This document shows, one piece after another, positions 58,971-64,000 of a DNA stretch of 64,000 nucleotides; position 1 is the stretch's first letter, and the number at the start of each line of letters is the position of its first letter. The notes under the pieces are model-generated. The model saw only the letters and a list, made by a program, of their open reading frames with translations. It was not told the origin of the DNA and did not search any database. The DNA is from Eubacteriales bacterium. GTDB lineage: Bacteria; Bacillota; Clostridia; Saccharofermentanales; DTU023. Where the stretch lies: contig JAUNLW010000006.1 of assembly GCA_030532065.1 (NCBI GenBank), positions 670 to 64,669 of the forward strand, read 5' to 3'. The position numbers and the translations under genes are program-made.

Positions 58971-60791
58971 ATGCAAGAACCTATACCCAGAAATACACAT
59001 AAACCTACTTCTAACCCCGCTCCTGTAAAGCGTAAGGCTCAGGGAGAAGGCAGGCTTCAAGCTCAGAGCCATTCAAGCGTGAGGCCACCTATGGCTGCTT
59101 CTCAGCAGAGTCTTCCCAATAATAGGCTTGATAAGCATGCTGCTTACAAAGCGGCAGACTGCAGGATGATTAAAAGACCGCAGCGGCTAGCGAATGAGCA
59201 TAGCCGGGCCAACGGATCGCGGCAAGGAATGGCAGAGCATAGGCTAACCAGCGGCTCTCAACCTGGAGTAAATGCTCACGCTGCGGCGCGTAACCACGCG
59301 TACGCACAATCTAAAGCTGCTTCACGCCGTTGTACAAAGGGCAGGCAAGTAGTTCCGCAAATCAAAGAAGCACCGGAAGTTAGGCAAGCCATGGTGCATA
59401 CGGCCAATCGCTATAACAAGATTATTTTTACAACGCTCCTGGGCTTCTTGGTTATTTTGGGCATGCTCTTTCCGCTCTGGCCCAAACAGACTATGTCTAA
59501 AGACGAGAACCGGGCTTTAGCGCAAAAGCCGGCCTGGAATTGGTCGGAGGTCTTTAGTGGCGAATATTCCAGCGCCATGGACAGCTATTATGCTGATCAG
59601 TTTCCTTTCCGCCAGCAGCTGCTCAGTATCAATCGTGGTATTAGCGCGGCGCGGAATTATTTTCCCCAAAAGTCTGATGAGCAGATCCATCTGATTACCG
59701 CTAAGAAAGATTCCGGTGGTAAGGGCGGCGTAGAAAATCCGGAAGAAGACTTGTTTTCACAGGCAGAGGAAACTACAGCGGCAGAGACTGAAGTACAGGA
59801 AACAGAGCTACAGCCAAAAGAAGTCAAAGCCACGGAGGCTAAGCTGCATACCCAGGATCAGTTGGACTATGAAACCAGTAATATCGTAATTATCGGCAAT
59901 CGTGCCATGGAGATCCATTACTATTCGCCAGATTATACGGCAGAGTACGCCAAACACATAAATCACTTGGCTTCCATCCTGCCGGAGAAAACACGCCTAA
60001 TCAGCATGGTTGTGCCTACCGCAGTAGCTTTCTATGGTACAGAAGATCTACGTACCGGCACTTACTCAAATTTTGAAGCCATTCAGAATATCTACAATCA
60101 TGAAGACAGCTCAATTTTTAAAGTAGATGCCTATTCAGAGTTGGCTAAGCATGTAGAGGAGTACATTTACTTTAGAACTGATCATCACTGGACCGGGCTA
60201 GGCGCTTATTATGCTTATGTAGCCTTCTGCGACGCGATGGAGTTGGAGGCAGCTCCCTTAGAACAGTTGGAACGATATGACGCGGAAGGTTATTTCCTGG
60301 GAACGCTTTATGGCTACACCGATAAATCACCACTGCTCCTAAGTGGTGAGGACCAGGGCATGTTCTACCTGCCACAGCATGATGCCAGTTACAATTACTA
60401 TAGTGACGCCAAGATGGATGATCCGATCCCCGGAGCGCTGCTGGCTTACAGCGCGCCCACCGATAACCACTACATGCTTTATTTGGGTGGCGATGTGGCC
60501 TTGGGTCATATAGAGAGTGAGAATAAAAATGGTAAGTCCATCTTGGTGCTAAAAGATTCTTTCGGTAATGCCTTTATTCCTTATTTGATAGACCAGTACC
60601 AGGATATCTACGTGGTTGATCCACGCCGCTTCACTGATCCGCTCATCGACTTTATCAAGGCACAGGAGATCGATGATGTGATGGTGATCAACTACACCTT
60701 TGCTGTGTCCAATCCGGACTGGCTGGGCGGTTTTGAGCTGATCACCAATTATCCGCAAGACGAGCCAGAAGCGGAGGCATCAGAAGGCTAG
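58971..60791 (+). CDS. DHHW-family (AlgJ/AlgX-like) O-acetylation partner with long basic N-terminal tail
   Basis: ENRALA, RTDHHWT, KDSFGN; follows MBOAT. Confidence 0.85.
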   Translation: MQEPIPRNTHKPTSNPAPVKRKAQGEGRLQAQSHSSVRPPMAASQQSLPNNRLDKHAAYKAADCRMIKRPQRLANEHSRANGSRQGMAEHRLTSGSQPGVNAHAAARNHAYAQSKAASRRCTKGRQVVPQIKEAPEVRQAMVHTANRYNKIIFTTLLGFLVILGMLFPLWPKQTMSKDENRALAQKPAWNWSEVFSGEYSSAMDSYYADQFPFRQQLLSINRGISAARNYFPQKSDEQIHLITAKKDSGGKGGVENPEEDLFSQAEETTAAETEVQETELQPKEVKATEAKLHTQDQLDYETSNIVIIGNRAMEIHYYSPDYTAEYAKHINHLASILPEKTRLISMVVPTAVAFYGTEDLRTGTYSNFEAIQNIYNHEDSSIFKVDAYSELAKHVEEYIYFRTDHHWTGLGAYYAYVAFCDAMELEAAPLEQLERYDAEGYFLGTLYGYTDKSPLLLSGEDQGMFYLPQHDASYNYYSDAKMDDPIPGALLAYSAPTDNHYMLYLGGDVALGHIESENKNGKSILVLKDSFGNAFIPYLIDQYQDIYVVDPRRFTDPLIDFIKAQEIDDVMVINYTFAVSNPDWLGGFELITNYPQDEPEAEASEG

Positions 60792-61711
60792 GCAATCGGC
60801 CTGGCGGCGAAAAACCAATAGTCAGGGAATCGCTTTTGTAAGGTGGCCAGAGCAAGATCTCTGGCCGCTTCTTTTTTATAGATCGCATAGCAAGTGGGTC
60901 CGGAACCACTAAGGCTGGAGAAGCAGGCGGAGCTAGCTTCCAGCACATCTAAGAGCTCGCTCAGCGAGGAATATTGCTGACGAAGGAGCGGTGTAAAGTC
61001 ATTTTTCAAGTGCTGAGACCAAAGCTCAGGCTTTGCTTGTATCTCAATGAGATCTTCTTTTTTAAAAGGCTGGGTGTACGCGAGTTTTCCTTTGTTTCTG
61101 GCTTTATCCAGCGCAGCAAAGACTTCGCCAGTGGAGAGACTGAAATTAGGTTTTACCAACAGCAAGGGAAGGGGACTGATACTTCCTAAATGCAGGATTT
61201 TCTCACCACTGCCACCTACCAGCGCAAGCCCTGCTTGGAGAAAGAAGGGCACGTCAGAGCCAAGGTTTTTGGCCAAAACCAGAAGTTGGTCTTCAGACAA
61301 CCCTCTTTCAGGGAAGAGCTGGTTGAGAGCCAGTAGTGTAGAAGCGGCATCGGAAGAGCCGCCTCCCAGACCGGCGCCCTGCGGAATGCGCTTGAGAAGC
61401 TCAATTTTTAGATCAAGCTTCAGACCAGTCTTTTCTTGCCAGACCCGAGCTGCCCGATAGATCAGGTTATCGGGGCCTGTGGGTAAATTAGCACCCCTGA
61501 CGCTTAGGTCGAGTTCTGCCGGCAAGCCAGTAGCCTTTGCCGCCGTAATGGTTAGCTCGTCTTGCAAGTCGATAGTCTGCATAAAGCTGGACAACTCGTG
61601 CAGGCCATCCTGGTTGAGTTTTCCTATCTGGAGACCAAGATTGACCTTGGCTGGAGCAAAAATAGTAATACTGGGCAAAGCAAAATCCTCGAAGCTAATT
61701 AGTACACTCAC
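60788..61711 (-). CDS. ispE: 4-diphosphocytidyl-2-C-methyl-D-erythritol kinase
   Basis: APAKVNL, IPQGAGLGGGSSDAA, LGSDVPF, SGSGPT. Confidence 0.95.
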   Translation of the reverse strand: MSVLISFEDFALPSITIFAPAKVNLGLQIGKLNQDGLHELSSFMQTIDLQDELTITAAKATGLPAELDLSVRGANLPTGPDNLIYRAARVWQEKTGLKLDLKIELLKRIPQGAGLGGGSSDAASTLLALNQLFPERGLSEDQLLVLAKNLGSDVPFFLQAGLALVGGSGEKILHLGSISPLPLLLVKPNFSLSTGEVFAALDKARNKGKLAYTQPFKKEDLIEIQAKPELWSQHLKNDFTPLLRQQYSSLSELLDVLEASSACFSSLSGSGPTCYAIYKKEAARDLALATLQKRFPDYWFFAARPIA

Positions 61712-61768
61712 TGTGCGGAGTGGGTTCTTAAATTGATTATAGAGGAAAACTTTTTAGGAGAACAAAGC

Positions 61769-62033
61769 GAAACGGGCAAGAACATCTTCGATGTCTGCCC
61801 GTTTCATCGAGGCTGTACGATCAAGCTACAGTCCTCCTTTCTATGACCACCAACTAGCTACGCCTTTCCAGTGACCCTTCTGTTTCTTTCACTAAATCTG
61901 TCGCATCAACTCTCAAAATTCGGCTAACCGCCAAGGGGATCACAGTAGACTAAGAATTTTGAGGCCACTTCGAGTATCCTTTTTCTTACTCTTGAGGAAT
62001 AAGCTTTATGATTCTCGCGTTGCTATTTGGTTT
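61769..62033 (-). ncRNA. Candidate orphan small RNA (~265 nt)
   Basis: Promoter TTGACG-17-TATATT (62068-62040), internal 10-bp stem 61912-61921/61954-61963, terminal hairpin 61769-61805, no long ORF on this strand. Confidence 0.5.
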
Positions 62034-62203
62034 GAAACTAATATAGAACATTACCCTGGGCGCGTCAATAAATATTTGCACAAATTTTCAAATAAATTAT
62101 GCGAAAGAAACAAAAGAGTTTGGCGAAACTATACAAGTCGGAATTTAATGGTAAGATTTGCACTGTTAGATCGTTTTTAGAGCTAAGGAAAGGGAAAGCC
62201 TTA

Positions 62204-62359
62204 ATGTTGGAAAACATATTTCAAGAAGCTGCTTTATTAGGGCTCGAGGTGCTGCCCAGCACCGGTGAGACGTCCAATATCCCCATGGTTATCGGTCTCT
62301 TCGCCGCTGCCCTGGTTTTATTTATCTTGGTTATTGTCTTGCGCCGTAAGCAGAAATAG
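62204..62359 (+). CDS. 51-aa LPXTG sorting-signal-only protein
   Basis: AAGGAAAGGG RBS; LPSTG + hydrophobic helix + RRKQK tail; downstream hairpin TACCG..CGGTA. Confidence 0.7.
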   Translation: MLENIFQEAALLGLEVLPSTGETSNIPMVIGLFAAALVLFILVIVLRRKQK

Positions 62360-62421
62360 TAGTTTATACCGCTCCGGTCAAGCGACCGGACGGTAATTTC
62401 TTATAAAAATTGCTGGAACAA

Positions 62422-62450
62422 TTGACACATAGACGATTGCCTGTTAAGAT
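62422..62450 (+). promoter_or_regulatory. SigA promoter of tRNA-Thr
   Basis: TTGACA-17 bp-TAAGAT with TG extension. Confidence 0.85.
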
Positions 62451-62492
62451 TAGCTTCGCCCTCCAGAGAAGTGGGCAAAAAACAAAGAAAAT

Positions 62493-62568
62493 GCCACTTT
62501 AGCTCAGTAGGTAGAGCGCATCCATGGTAAGGATGAGGTCATCAGTTCGATTCTGATAAGTGGCTCCA
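62493..62568 (+). tRNA. tRNA-Thr(GGT)
   Basis: GCCACTT/AAGTGGC acceptor, CATCC-ATGGTAA-GGATG anticodon arm, TTCGATT T-loop, CCA. Confidence 0.96.
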
Positions 62569-62574
62569 GAGAAT

Positions 62575-62607
62575 AAACCCCGTGACGATAGTGGTTGCGG
62601 GGTTTTT
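62575..62607 (+). terminator. Terminator after tRNA-Thr
   Basis: AAACCCCG...CGGGGTTTTT. Confidence 0.8.
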
Positions 62608-62820
62608 GCTTTCTATCCACTTGCTTTTACAGTTTAAGCTTTGGCGACAATTTTGATGATACAGCGTGCCATTTCGGGGGATTAGCAAGATACGCTATAA
62701 TATAGCTTAGGGATTCGTTGAAGATTTCAGTTAAACAATATGGAGTTGCCCTTCCTCTGCTAAAGTCTTTATAGGATAGAGGGTTTTTTAGTAAGAGAAA
62801 TTTGGAAATAGGGGGATTTT

Positions 62821-63441
62821 ATGAAAAATAAATTTGCAATAAAACCGCCAGTTAAACGACAGCTGAAAAACCTGGCTTTATTGTTCACTTCAGTGGCCCT
62901 GGCCGCTAACTTGAGCACAGTCGTACCGCAAGAGAAACCCGTGCTGGTAGATCCGCCGGCCACTATTGAGTATCAATTAGACAGTGAAGCGGTGGAAACT
63001 CCGATAGTAGAAGAACCGGCAGTGCCGCAAGCCAAAGAGCCACTGGGATTTTGGGGCTTACAACGCCGCTTTTGGGATAAGCTGGCTCCGGTCAGACAGG
63101 GAATTATCAACAACTTCTGGCGCGTGTTGAGCTGGGCCTTATCTCTGGTATTGGCTTTGGCTTTTGTTTTTATCTGGCCTTTGCCGCAGATCTTGAGTAA
63201 AAGCAAAGAAAAGTTCGCGGATTGGCTGGCTGACCATGGCTTCTCGCACTTTTCCTTAGTGCTGAAGTTGGTTGCTCTTGCAGGGCTCGTGGGAGTTTAT
63301 TTCCTGATACCTTCCCAGCGGAGGCCTTGGATCTTGGTTATCGGAGCAGCTTGCGTAAGCCTAATAGTATTGGCTTACTGTTACCTGTTTCGACTCTCTA
63401 AGAAGACCTCCGGCAGGGAGTTAGTTATCAGGGAAGGGTAA
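62821..63441 (+). CDS. Hypothetical membrane protein
   Basis: GGGGG RBS, several hydrophobic segments. Confidence 0.6.
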   Translation: MKNKFAIKPPVKRQLKNLALLFTSVALAANLSTVVPQEKPVLVDPPATIEYQLDSEAVETPIVEEPAVPQAKEPLGFWGLQRRFWDKLAPVRQGIINNFWRVLSWALSLVLALAFVFIWPLPQILSKSKEKFADWLADHGFSHFSLVLKLVALAGLVGVYFLIPSQRRPWILVIGAACVSLIVLAYCYLFRLSKKTSGRELVIREG

Positions 63442-63454
63442 CGCTCTCTATAAC

Positions 63455-64000
63455 TTAGGCATCTGAGCGCGAGAAAGAGTTACTCATATGACTGCTGGCA
63501 ATGTCCAGGACCTTAGCCAGGATTCTGTCAGTCTCATTTCGCAACATATCCGCCATCTTAGCGTCTGCTGCTTCACAGGCAGCGGATTTGTCGTCGGCTT
63601 GGGAAATAGCCTGGTCGCTTTCGATCAAGAAGCGGTGAGCTTTGGTTTGTACCATGAGCTTGTAGCGGTCTAATTCCTGGGCAGAGATCTTAAACTGACT
63701 ATCAGCCAAAGCGCCGATCAAGCGATTAGCCCAGTAGTAGCTATTGGTGTCTACTTTGTCTGGGGTGAAGGCCAGGTATTCCGGTGTACGGTTTACGTTA
63801 GCGTAATAGGGTGTAATGGCGTTAAACACGTTAGAGGCATAGGTGATCCACTGGATGGCTCTATGGGCTTCGTCCACATAAGGGCGAATCTGTAAAATGG
63901 CAAGGTGTGAGGTTCGGTTGATGCCAATGGGACGGAAGGGCTTCTTGGGGCTATTGCCGTACATATCGTAAGGAGTACCTTCGAAACGGTTAGACAGCAC
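63455..64000 (-). CDS. Dipeptidase, peptidase family C69 (PepD-like), C-terminal part
   Basis: RPIGINRT, YWANRLIGALAD, terminal FSRSDA; start lies outside the window. Confidence 0.85.
   Translation of the reverse strand: MLSNRFEGTPYDMYGNSPKKPFRPIGINRTSHLAILQIRPYVDEAHRAIQWITYASNVFNAITPYYANVNRTPEYLAFTPDKVDTNSYYWANRLIGALADSQFKISAQELDRYKLMVQTKAHRFLIESDQAISQADDKSAACEAADAKMADMLRNETDRILAKVLDIASSHMSNSFSRSDA

Noticed and set aside
62493-62568. A at position 32 of tRNA-Thr(GGT) and possible integration site
   Set aside because: A32 is seen in Firmicute tRNA-Thr(GGU); no integrase or duplication follows the gene
1-64000. CRISPR array, rRNA, IS transposase
   Set aside because: No regularly spaced repeats, rRNA-like sequence or transposase ORF seen

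Overview
Chromosomal window from a Clostridia-like anaerobic Firmicute (inferred from gene order: cysS-mrnC-rlmB-sigH, tig-clpP-clpX, tmk-darA-holB-yaaT-rsmI, metG-tatD). It is mostly housekeeping, transport and sulfur/nucleoside salvage genes, plus two tRNAs (Arg-ACG, Thr-GGT) and a 6S RNA that the ORF track does not show. The accessory part is a ~4.7 kb, visibly AT-richer, heavily deleted prophage remnant at the 3' end of tRNA-Arg (12539-17230). Its integrase and head-morphogenesis (MuF/gp7) genes are broken, but the cI-like repressor and a co-transcribed DUF3644-type gene with a HEPN-like R-x4-H motif are intact. Convergent with that gene and overlapping its stop codon is a ~90-nt compact, promoter-driven structured RNA. 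This is the best candidate for an undescribed system: a HEPN RNase with an RNA antitoxin or partner. Other candidates are MuF-type toxin/immunity cassette fragments, a ~265-nt orphan sRNA upstream of ispE, and a divergent 51-aa protein that is almost only an LPXTG sorting signal. All calls come from reading motifs by eye; no searches were run.
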